Shown: piece after piece, positions 22,949-32,000 of the stretch | Layout: every line of letters starts with the position of its first letter | Position numbering within the stretch: the stretch's first letter is position 1 | NCBI RefSeq assembly: GCF_018389705.1 | Contig: NZ_CP065581.1 | Span: 150,001-182,000, forward strand | Reading direction: 5' to 3' | Source of the DNA: Mycoplasma mycoides subsp. capri | GTDB lineage: Bacteria; Bacillota_I; Bacilli_A; Mycoplasmatales; Mycoplasmataceae | Length of the DNA: 32,000 nt | Notes under the pieces: generated by a model | Databases searched by the model: none | What the model was told of the DNA's origin: nothing | The model's input: only the letters and a program-made list of their open reading frames with translations | Translations under genes and position numbers: made by a program

Positions 22949-22961
22949 TTCACTTAGTATA

Positions 22962-23447
22962 TTAGGGACTTATTAAAGAATTTCATTCTATTAAAAGCTT
23001 ATCTAATTCATCAGAATTTTCAACTTTTTCTATAATAATAAATACTAAATCTTTAGTAGTTAAATTGTATTGTTTTAAATAATTAATTATGTTTTTATAA
23101 TCATTTATATTAGATTTAAATTTACTAATATCATTTTTTAAATCTGTTATTTTTAATAAAGTAATTAAAGGTTTGTTTTTATTATAATCAGAATCTTTTA
23201 AAGTTATACCTATTAAAAAATAACCTTGTTGATCTATATTATCAATTTGAGTTCAATTATAAGCTTGACGTGTTGATAAAAGATTTAAAACTTTTTTATA
23301 ATTGTTTTTATTTTTTAAGTTTTTATTATATTTAAAAGCAGTACTTGCTCCATATAATGAAATGATTAAACCAAAAAAACCTAAAACTAAAATTAAATAA
23401 ACAGCTCATGTTGGTATATGACTAGTTTGTTGAGTAAATATAATCAT
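22962..23447 (-). CDS. Single-TM membrane-anchored protein, function unknown
   Basis: Code-4 ORF absent from the track: [75 protein letters not shown]...IEWNSLISP, 161 aa. Its start overlaps the smpB stop. Confidence 0.75.
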
Positions 23448-23893
23448 TATTTATAATCTTTTAATTCTTTTCTTTCTGTATCTCTTTTTTTAATAGTTTG
23501 TCTTTTATCATGAAGTTTTTTACCTTTAGCCAAAGCGATTTCTAATTTAACATAATCATTTTTAAAATATAGTTTAACAGGAATAATTGTTAGATTTTCT
23601 TGTTTTATTTTATTTAATATTTTAATTATTTCTTTTTTATGTAATAACAATTTTCTAGTTCTAGTTTCTTCTAAACCTTTAATATAATTAGCAAACTGGT
23701 ATTTTTTAACATTCATATTTAAAATATAAATCTCTTTTTTTCTAATTAAAACAAAAGCTTCATTAATAGAAACATCATGATTTCTAATTGATTTAATTTC
23801 TGGACCATTTAAAACAATTCCTGCTTGATAAGTTTGAATGATTTCATAATTAAAATAAGCTTTTTTATTTTTAACAATTAAATGTTCAGACAT
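23447..23893 (-). CDS. smpB: SsrA (tmRNA)-binding protein
   Basis: [48 protein letters not shown]...[25 protein letters not shown]-like C-terminus. Confidence 0.97.
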   Translation of the reverse strand: MSEHLIVKNKKAYFNYEIIQTYQAGIVLNGPEIKSIRNHDVSINEAFVLIRKKEIYILNMNVKKYQFANYIKGLEETRTRKLLLHKKEIIKILNKIKQENLTIIPVKLYFKNDYVKLEIALAKGKKLHDKRQTIKKRDTERKELKDYK

Positions 23894-23902
23894 AAAAACC
23901 TC

Positions 23903-26017
23903 TTATTCTATTAAAACAAAATCAATTGTTCTTTTTTTAATATCAACATTAATTAGTTTAACTTTGACTTTTTGACCCATTCTATAATAAGTATTATCAG
24001 GTTTAATTAAAATACGGTTAGTTTCATCATAAACTAAATCACTATTCATATTTGAAATATGAACTAATCCTTCAACTAAATTATCTAATTGAATAAAAAT
24101 TCCAAATTTTAAAACTGCTGAAATTGTTGCTGTATAAGTATTATTAACTTTATTTAACATATATTCACACATACACGCTTTAATAACTTCTCTTTCACAT
24201 TCAACACTTTTAGTTTCAGTATCATTAATAATATTACTTACTTTATTAACATAATTTGTATTATTTTCTAAACTAGTTTTTTCTAGATCTTTTGTAATTA
24301 GATATTGTTTTAGATATCTATGAACTAATAAATCTGGATATCTTCTAATTGGAGAAGTAAAATGAGTATAACAATCACTAGCTAAACCAAAATGACCAAT
24401 ATTTTCTAATCCATATTTAGCTTTATCCATATATCTTAATAAAGAAATATTTAATAATTCAACTTCAGTTTCATCTTTAATTTGTTCTTTAATTTGACTT
24501 AAAGTGTGATTAATAAATATTGGATCTAAAACTTGTTTATTAGTTAATTTAGGATTAATTCCAAATGTTTTTAGTGATTTATATCAATTAATTAGTTCAT
24601 CTTCATCTGGTTTATTATGATTTCTATATAAAAATGGTAAATCTTTTTGATAGATTAATTCAGCTACTGCTTCATTACAACTTACCATAAATTGTTCAAT
24701 TAATTTTTCAGCTTGATCAGCTGTTTTTGTTTTAATATCAATTACATTTAAATTTTTATCTAAAATAATTTTTGGTTCTCTAACATCAAAACTAATAGTT
24801 CCTTTTTTAGCTTTTAGATCTTCTAGTTTTTTATACAACTCATATGCTATGTCTAACATTTTTTTAGTTTGATCATCATGAGTTCAAGTTTTAGTTTTAA
24901 AGTAATTATTTACTTCATCATAATTTAATCTAGCTTTAGAAATAATCACTGATTCATAAACTTTTTTATTTAACATGTTTGCGTTATTATCAAATTCCAT
25001 TTCACATACAAAAACTAATTTTTTAGTATTTGGATTTAATGAACACAAATCATCAGATAAAATGTTTGGTAGCATTGGAATTACTTTATTTGCTAAATAA
25101 GTTGAATTACCTCTTAACAAAGCTTCTTTATCTAAAGCGGTTTTATATCTAACAAAATAAGAAACATCAGCAATAGCAACAAATAGTTTATAATTATTGT
25201 TTTCTAATTTTTCAACACAAATTGCATCATCTAAATCTTTTGAATCAATTCCATCAATTGTAACGATCGTTTTATTAATTAAAGAATTATTTTGTCTTTT
25301 TAAAAATTCTTTTTCTAGTTTATCAGTTGCTAAATTAATTTGTTTTGCATTATCTAGAGTTTGTTTATCAAAACTAGTTTTTATGTCAAATTCTTCAGCT
25401 ATTGCTAAAATACGATCGCTTGCTTTTTTACTATTACCAATAATTTTTATAAGTCTTATAAAAATTTTACGTTCTTTACAACTTATAATTTTTGCTTTAA
25501 TAATATTAAATTCTTCATATTTAAATTCATTTTTATTAACAATTACAAATCTAAAACTATCAAATGACTTATCGTTTGGAATGAAATCTAAAAATCTTTT
25601 ATCAAAACTTCTATTTATTTCACCAATTAAATAAACTTTATTTCTTTTAATTAGATCAATAACTATAGCTTTTAATCTATTATCTTCTTCTTGTTTTAAA
25701 ATATAAACTACTTCATCTTGATGAATACTATTATTTAAATCAACTCCAGCAACAAAATGATCTTCTGTAGTTAAATCATTAACATCATTTATAAAACCAA
25801 AACCTTTTGGATTTAATTTAATAGTTCCCTTTTTATAAATTTCATCTAATAAATAAATATTATTTTCTAATGAAATAGCAATGTTATTATTTTTTTCTAA
25901 TTGGTCTAAGTAGTTTTTAACTAATGAATAATCTAGAGCTTTAAAATAAGTTAAAAGTTTATTTAAACTAATTTTATGATGGTTCTTTTTTAAAATTTCA
26001 ATAATTTTAGATTCCAT
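23903..26017 (-). CDS. rnr: Ribonuclease R
   Basis: 704-aa code-4 ORF joining track ORFs 24884..26017, 24584..24859 and 23903..24430. Contains GFGFINDV (CSD), TIDGIDSKDLDDAICVEKLENNNYKLFVAIADVSYFV, YCHFTSPIRRYPDLLVHRYL-type motif and a C-terminal S1 domain. Confidence 0.97.
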
Positions 26018-26034
26018 ACTACTCCTTTTTAAAT

Positions 26035-26070
26035 AAAAAAATAAACACTAGTTTATAACATAGTGTTTGT
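26035..26070 (-). terminator. Hairpin overlapping the 3' end of secG
   Basis: Minus strand AAACACTA-tgttataaac-TAGTGTTT followed by ATTTTTTTATTT. Confidence 0.6.
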
Positions 26071-26337
26071 AATGATGCTTATTGTTAAAGCTATTATAAA
26101 AAATATAATTCCTAAAACCAGCATTCAAATAGAAAGAGTTTTGTCTAACCCACGTTCTTTTGAATTAGAAAACAATTCTTCGTTTCCACCATTTAAAGCA
26201 CTTAGTCCAGTTTGAGATTGTTTATTTTGTAATAAACCTATAGCGATCATTATAAAAGCAATAATAAAAATAAAGATTTCAAATCCTAAAATTAATTGTT
26301 GAGCTAATTTAGTTGTTGAAGCTAATAGATTTATCAT
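26053..26337 (-). CDS. secG: Preprotein translocase subunit SecG
   Basis: MINLLASTTKLAQQLILGFEIFIFIIAFIMIAIGLLQNKQSQTGLSALNGGNEELFSNSKERGLDKTLSIWMLVLGIIFFIIALTISIITNTML. SD GGAGG, adjacent to rnr. Confidence 0.9.
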
Positions 26338-26590
26338 AAAAACCTCCAAAATGTTACTATATAATAATATCTTAAAATAAGTGAAATTTAAACATTTACT
26401 CTTAATACGTTATATAAAATTATATACTTTTTTAATGTGTTATTACTTTCTAGAAATTGATTTTTCCTATTTTTAAATATCACAAAAAAAATAAAAATCT
26501 AGTTAAATATACTCAATTTTTACTATTAAAATACTATTACAAGTCATGAAATTCTTTTTAAGTGGTTAAATCTTAACTTTATCAAATTTA

Positions 26591-26596
26591 TAATAT
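26591..26596 (+). promoter_or_regulatory. Candidate -10 box of the nrd operon
   Basis: TATAAT 40 nt upstream of the nrdF start. No clear -35. Confidence 0.45.
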
Positions 26597-26635
26597 AATG
26601 AGTTTACATGACAAAAAAAGAAAGGATAAATTACT

Positions 26636-27655
26636 ATGGCAAAAGAACAAAAATATTATCATGAATCAGTTTCACCAATCGAATTTGTTAAAAATAATTT
26701 TAAAGGAAATTTAAGATCAGTTAATTGAAATGTTATTAATGATGAAAAAGATCTAGAAGTTTGAAATAGAATTACTCAAAACTTTTGATTACCAGAAAAA
26801 ATTCCAGTATCAAATGATTTATCATCATGAAGAAGTTTATCTAGTGAATGACAACAATTAGTAACTAGAACTTTTACTGGTTTAACTTTATTAGATACAG
26901 TTCAAGCAACTGTTGGAGATGTTGCTCAAATTGAACACTCATTAACTGATCATGAACAAGTAATTTATTCTAATTTTGCTTTTATGGTTGGTGTTCATGC
27001 GCGTTCTTATGGAACTATTTTTTCAACATTATGTTCAAGTGAACAAATTGAAGAAGCTCATGAGTGAGTTGTTAAAACTGAAACTTTACAAAAAAGAGCA
27101 AAAGCTTTAATTCCATACTATACAGGAACTGACCCATTAAAATCTAAAGTTGCAGCCGCTTTAATGCCTGGATTTTTATTATATGGGGGATTTTACTTGC
27201 CATTTTATTTATCTGCTAGAGGTAAATTACCAAATACTTCAGATATCATAAGACTAATTTTAAGAGATAAAGTAATTCATAATTATTATAGTGGTTATAA
27301 ATATCAAAAAAAGGTTGCTAAATTACCAGTTGAAAAACAAGCTGAAATGAAAGAGTTTGTTTTTAAATTATTATATGAATTAATTGATTTAGAAACTGCC
27401 TATTTAAAAGAATTATATGCTGGATTTGATATTGTTGATGATGCTATTAGATTTAGTGTTTATAATGCTGGTAAGTTTTTACAAAACCTAGGATATGATT
27501 CACCATTTAGTGAAGAAGAAACTAGAATTGAACCAGAAATTTTTAACCAATTATCTGCAAGAGCTGATGAAAATCACGATTTCTTTTCTGGAAATGGTTC
27601 TTCATATGTGATGGGAGTTTCAGTTGAAACAGAAGACGAAGACTGAGAATTTTAG
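26636..27655 (+). CDS. nrdF: Ribonucleotide reductase small subunit NrdF, class Ie (metal-free) type by residue pattern
   Basis: 339 aa: ...[61 protein letters not shown]...[53 protein letters not shown] agaaagga. Confidence 0.96.
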
Positions 27656-27663
27656 GAGTTATT

Positions 27664-28137
27664 ATGCACTCAAATGTTAAAAAAGTTACAGATAAAGATG
27701 TAATTAAACCAGTTGGTATACCTTTTGTAGTTTATTTTTCTTCAATTTCAAATAACACTCATAGATTTATTCAAAAACTAGAAATTGAAAATATTAGAAT
27801 TCCTTATGAATTAGATCAATCAATCAGTGTTGATCGTGATTATGTTTTAGTTACTCCAACTTATAGTGGTGGGGGAGAATATGTTGAAGGTGCTGTACCA
27901 AAACAAGTAATTAAATTTTTAAATAATAAAGAAAATAGAAGTTTTTGTAGAGGTGTTATTTCATCTGGTAACACTAATTTTGGTGATACTTTTGGAATTG
28001 CTGGACCAATTATTTCTAAAAAATTAAATGTTCCTTTTTTATACCAATTTGAATTATTAGGAACTCAACATGATGTTAGTCAAATAAAACAAATACTATT
28101 AAAGTTTTGAGAGGATGGTAATAATGAAAGAAAATAA
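27664..28137 (+). CDS. nrdI: NrdI flavodoxin-like protein
   Basis: [22 protein letters not shown]...[78 protein letters not shown]. 157 aa including the extension past TGA. Confidence 0.96.
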
Positions 28138-30286
28138 AAACACAATCGTTTTAGATGATGTTGATGATGAATATATTAAATTAAATGCTAGATCTAAGAT
28201 TTTTTCAAAAGATCAAGATAATTTTCAATTAGATGTTAAAGCAGCTGAATTGTATTTAAAAAACTATATTGAACCTAGAATGAAAAAGTTTTCTAGTTTA
28301 AAAGAAAGATTAGATTATTTATTAGAAAATCAATATTATGATTCAGAAATCTTAAATAAATATAGTTTTGATCAAATTAATCAATTAAATGATTATGCTT
28401 ATTCATTTAACCATCATTTTCCAAGCTTTATGGGAGCTTTAAAATTCTTTAATGCTTATGGATTAAAAACTTTTGATACTACAATGTATTTAGAAACTTA
28501 TACAGATAGAGTATTAATGAATGCTCTATTTTTAGGTAATGGTAATTTTACTAAAGCAAAAAACTTATTAAAAGATATGATGTTAGGTAGATTTCAACCA
28601 GCAACTCCTACTTTTTTAAATGCAGCTAAAAAACATAGAGGAGAGTATGTTTCATGTTATTTACTAAGAACAGAAGATAACATGGAATCAATTTGTAGAA
28701 CAATTTCAACTTCATTACAACTTTCAAAAAGAGGTGGGGGAGTTGCGATTTGTTTAACAAATTTAAGAGAAACAGGTTCTCCTATTAAAAATATTTCAGG
28801 TCTAAGTTCAGGACCAATTCCAGTAATGAAGATTTTAGAAGATTCATTTACTTATGCTGATCAATTAGGTCAACGTCAAGGAGCTGGAGCTGTTTATATT
28901 TCAGCTCATCATCCAGATATTATTTCAGTTTTAGATACTAAAAGAGAAAATGCTGATGAAAAGATTAGAATTAAATCTTTATCATTAGGATTAGTAATTC
29001 CAGATATCACTTTTGAATTAGCTAGAGATAATAAAGATATGGCTTTATTTAGTCCTTATGATGTTCAAAAAGTATATGGTAAGCCATTATCAGATATTTC
29101 AATTACTGAAAAATATTATGAAATGTTAGAAAATCCTAATATTAAAAAAACATATATTAGTGCTAGAAAATTTTTTTTAACTGTTGCTGAATTACATTTT
29201 GAAAGTGGATATCCATATATTTTATTTGAAGATACTGTTAATAGAAGAAATGCTCATGATAAAAAAGGAAGAATTATCATGAGTAATTTATGTAGTGAAA
29301 TTGTTCAGGTAAGTACAGCAAGCGAATATAGTTCTGATTTATCATTTGTAAAAACTGGAGAAGATATTTGTTGTAATTTAGGTAGTTTAAATATTGATAA
29401 GATGATGAAATCTGGAAAAGAATTTTCAGATTCTATTTATAATGCAATTTCTGCTTTAGATATTGTTTCAAGAAATTCAGATTTAAGTGCTGCTCCTTCA
29501 ATTCAAAAAGGAAATGCACAAAATCATGCTGTTGGATTAGGAGCTATGAATTTACATGGATTTTTAGCAACTAATAAAATTATGTATGACTCACCTGAAG
29601 CTGTTGATTTTACTAATATGTTCTTTTATACAGTTGCTTATAATGCTTTTAAAGCTTCAAATAAATTAGCTCAAGAATTTGAAAAATTTGCTTCATTTGA
29701 TGAATCAAGATTTGCTGATGGTTCTTGATTTGATAAATATACTAAATGTGAATTTGATAAATGAACACCACAAACAAATAGAGTAAAAGAATTATTTAAA
29801 GATTATGATGTTCAAATTCCAAGTCAAACTGATTGAATAAAATTAGTTGAAGAAATTAAAAAAACAGGTTTAGCAAACTCACATTTAATGGCAGTTGCTC
29901 CAACTGGATCAATTAGTTATTTATCATCATGTACTCCTTCACTACAACCAGTAGTTTCAACTGTTGAAGTTAGAAAAGAAGGAAAATTAGGAAGAGTTTA
30001 TGTTCCAGCATATCAAATTAATTTTGATAATATGGGATATTATGCAATGGGCGCTTATGAATTAGGACCAGATCCAATTATTAATATTGTAGCAGCAGCT
30101 CAACAGCATGTTGATCAAGCAATTTCACTAACTTTATTTATGACTGATAAGGCAACAACTAGAGATTTAAACAAAGCATATGTTAATGCTTTTAAACAAG
30201 GTTGTTCTTCAATTTATTATGTAAGAATCCGTCAAGATGTTTTAGAAAATAGTGAAAACTATGAATGTGATGCATGTAAAATTTAA
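28124..30286 (+). CDS. nrdE: Ribonucleotide reductase large subunit
   Basis: QPATPTFLNAAKKHRGEYVSCYLLRTEDNMESICRTISTSLQLSKRGGGVAICLTNLRETGSPIK, NLCSEIVQ, MAVAPTGSISYLSSCTPSLQPV and C-terminal CDACKI. 720 aa across TGA. It overlaps nrdI by 14 nt. Confidence 0.98.
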
Positions 30287-30306
30287 AAGCTTAAATTCAA
30301 CAATTT

Positions 30307-30340
30307 ACCTTGCTTTTTTTAAAAAATGCAAGGTTTTTTT
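30307..30340 (+). terminator. Terminator of the nrd operon
   Basis: ACCTTGCTTTTTT-ta-AAAAAATGCAAGGT followed by TTTTTT. Confidence 0.88.
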
Positions 30341-30393
30341 GAAAAAAATGTAATATTTTTAATTATTTTTCTAATACTAATATGAGGTGAATT

Positions 30394-31239
30394 ATGTATA
30401 AGAAAAATAAGAAACCAAAATATAATAAAGAGAAAACTATTTGTAAAGAAATAGGTTATTTCTTAAACAAAAATAATGAATATCAAATACATCCTTTTCC
30501 ATCAACTGTTAATAAAGTTCCTAAGAAACTACCTGAATTCATTACTAATTTAACATTAGCTTTTTGGAATAATGAAAATGAAATAATTTGTAATCTTGAT
30601 AAATGAAATCTTAAGAATGTTACATCATTAAATAGAATGTTTAAAGGTGCTAAAAGTTTTGATCAAGATATATCTAACTGAAACACTAGTAATGTTGTTG
30701 ATATGCAACTTTTATTTGATGGAGCTGAAAATTTCAATCAAAATCTAAATAAGTGAGATACATCAAATGTTTTAAATATGGAAGCTATGTTTAGATCTGC
30801 TTATCTTTTTAACATAGACTTAAATAAGTGAAATACATCTAAAGTACAAAATATGAGATCTATGTTTTATGAAGCACGCTCGTTTAATGGCGATATTTCA
30901 ACATGAGATGTAAGCAGTGTTAAGTATATGGAATATATGTTTTACGGTGTCTTAAAATTTAATCAAGATATTTCATCTTGAAATATCAAAAACGTAATTA
31001 ATACAAGATCTATGTTTAAGAATGCAATAGGATTTAATCAGAACATTTCATATTGAAACACTTCTAATATTAAGGAAATGAGTTGAATGTTTCATAATGC
31101 TAGAAATTTTAATCAAGATATTTCATCTTGAAATGTATCAAAAGTTAATTTATTTAATAGTTTTTCGAATAATTCGAAAATAGATAAAAATAAGAAATAT
31201 TTACCAAAAAAATTTATTTCTAAAATTTCTAAAACATAA
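30394..31239 (+). CDS. DUF285/BspA-like repeat protein without a recognisable signal peptide
   Basis: 281-aa code-4 ORF: KEIGYFLNKNNEYQIHPFPSTVNKVPKKLPEFITNLTLAF..., then tandem 25-aa units such as WNTSNVVDMQLLFDGAENFNQNLNK and WDTSNVLNMEAMFRSAYLFNIDLNK. Confidence 0.88.
30604..31185 (+). repeat. Seven to eight tandem 75-nt (25-aa) DUF285 units
   Basis: Consensus WNTSNVxxMxxMFxxAxxFNQDISx. Units start at about 30604, 30679, 30754, 30829, 30904, 30979, 31054 and 31129, the last being degenerate. Confidence 0.88.
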
Positions 31240-31266
31240 TTACTTAAATAAAATATACTATAGTTG

Positions 31267-31272
31267 TATAAT
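31267..31272 (+). promoter_or_regulatory. Candidate -10 (TATAAT) for the methyltransferase gene
   Basis: TTGTATAAT 28 nt upstream of the ATG at 31300. Confidence 0.4.
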
Positions 31273-31299
31273 ATGTTTTTTAAAAATGGGGGTGTAAAA

Positions 31300-32000
31300 A
31301 TGAAAGTATCACCATCTGTGTTTAGTAACAAAAGGACTAAAATCTCAGAATTAGGAAAAGATATTTTTAAAAATGAGCGTATGGAATTTAACCATAAATA
31401 TGGCTTAGATGGTCTTGTTATGTTAAACAATATAAAAGACAATGCCATTCCTGTTGTTTTTTTTGACCCTCAGTATAGAGGTGTTCTAGATAAATTATCA
31501 TATGGCAATGAAGGCAAACGACAAATAAAAAGATCAGAATTACAACAAATGACTGAAGAAAAAATAGTTCATTTTATAAGGGAAATGGATAGGGTTCTTA
31601 TCCCAACAGGTCATTTATTTTTATGAGTCGATAAATTTCATTTATGTCAAGGAATTTCGGATTGAATAAAAGATACATCATTATCTATTGTTGATATGAT
31701 TGTGTGAGATAAAGAAAAAATGGGTATGGGCTATCGTACAAGACGCCAATGCGAATATTTAATTGTTTTACAAAAAAAACCAATTAGAGCTAAAAATGTC
31801 TGAAGATTAAGAAATATAAGAGATGTTTGAAAAGAAAAAATAGTAGACAAAGTTCATCCTCATCAAAAACCTATAGAGCTACAAAAAATATTAATTCAAG
31901 CAGTCTCAAATCCTGGTGATGTTATTATGGATGTTGCTGCTGGTAGTTTTTCAGTTTTAACAAGCTGTATTGAAACAGGTAGATTATTTATAGGAACCGA
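31300..32000 (+). CDS. Site-specific DNA methyltransferase (amino-MTase, beta-like motif order), truncated by the window edge
   Basis: MKVSPSVFSNKRTKISELGKDIFKNERMEFNHKYGLDGLVMLNNIKDNAIPVVFFDPQYRG (motif IV DPQY) ... VHPHQKPIELQKILIQAVSNPGDVIMDVAAGSFSVLTSCIETGRLFIG (motifs X/I after IV). SD gggggtg. Code-4 frame open to 32000. Confidence 0.85.

Noticed and set aside
25197-25634. 145-aa plus-strand ORF antisense to rnr
   Set aside because: Lies entirely within the conserved RNase R catalytic region, S/I/L-rich antisense composition.
26338-26635. About 300-nt AT-rich intergenic region between secG and nrdF as a possible ncRNA
   Set aside because: Only weak dyads and one TATAAT seen. Nothing beyond a normal divergent promoter region can be supported.
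31113-31448. Minus-strand 111-aa ORF over the DUF285 end and methyltransferase start
   Set aside because: Antisense to two code-4 genes with clear SDs and domain matches.

Overview
The window is AT-rich mollicute DNA, most like the Mycoplasma mycoides/capricolum group. It uses genetic code 4 (TGA = Trp), so many supplied ORFs are fragments of longer genes interrupted only by TGA. Rejoining them gives, left to right: a rhodanese-like gene (-, partial), rpiB, glyA, upp, the F-type ATPase operon (atpI-B-E-F-H-A-G-D-C), a membrane protein with a Q/N/Y/D-rich N-terminus (-), an Mg2+-type P-type ATPase (mgtA-like) with a structured leader and a candidate uORF, an arginine-catabolism cluster without arcA (OTC, YfcC/ArcD-like carrier, carbamate kinase), a ROK glucokinase-like gene (-), a serine hydrolase (-), a PTS glucose EIICB gene (-) with an unusual C-terminal tail, two small membrane proteins (-), smpB, rnr and secG (-), the nrdF-nrdI-nrdE operon, a DUF285/BspA-like repeat protein, and the start of a DNA methyltransferase running off the right edge. 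The strongest observation is that NrdF lacks three of the canonical metal-binding glutamates (replaced by V118, P178 and K212), the signature of the metal-free class Ie (DOPA-radical) ribonucleotide reductase. The next most interesting are the possible leader-peptide attenuator upstream of mgtA, the Cys-rich plus K/S/T-rich tail of the PTS permease, the short strongly SD-preceded ORF ahead of the arc cluster, and a DUF285 repeat protein with no secretion signal. I found no convincing novel multi-gene defence system, CRISPR array, tRNA or rRNA. The methyltransferase at the edge could belong to a restriction-modification system outside the window.
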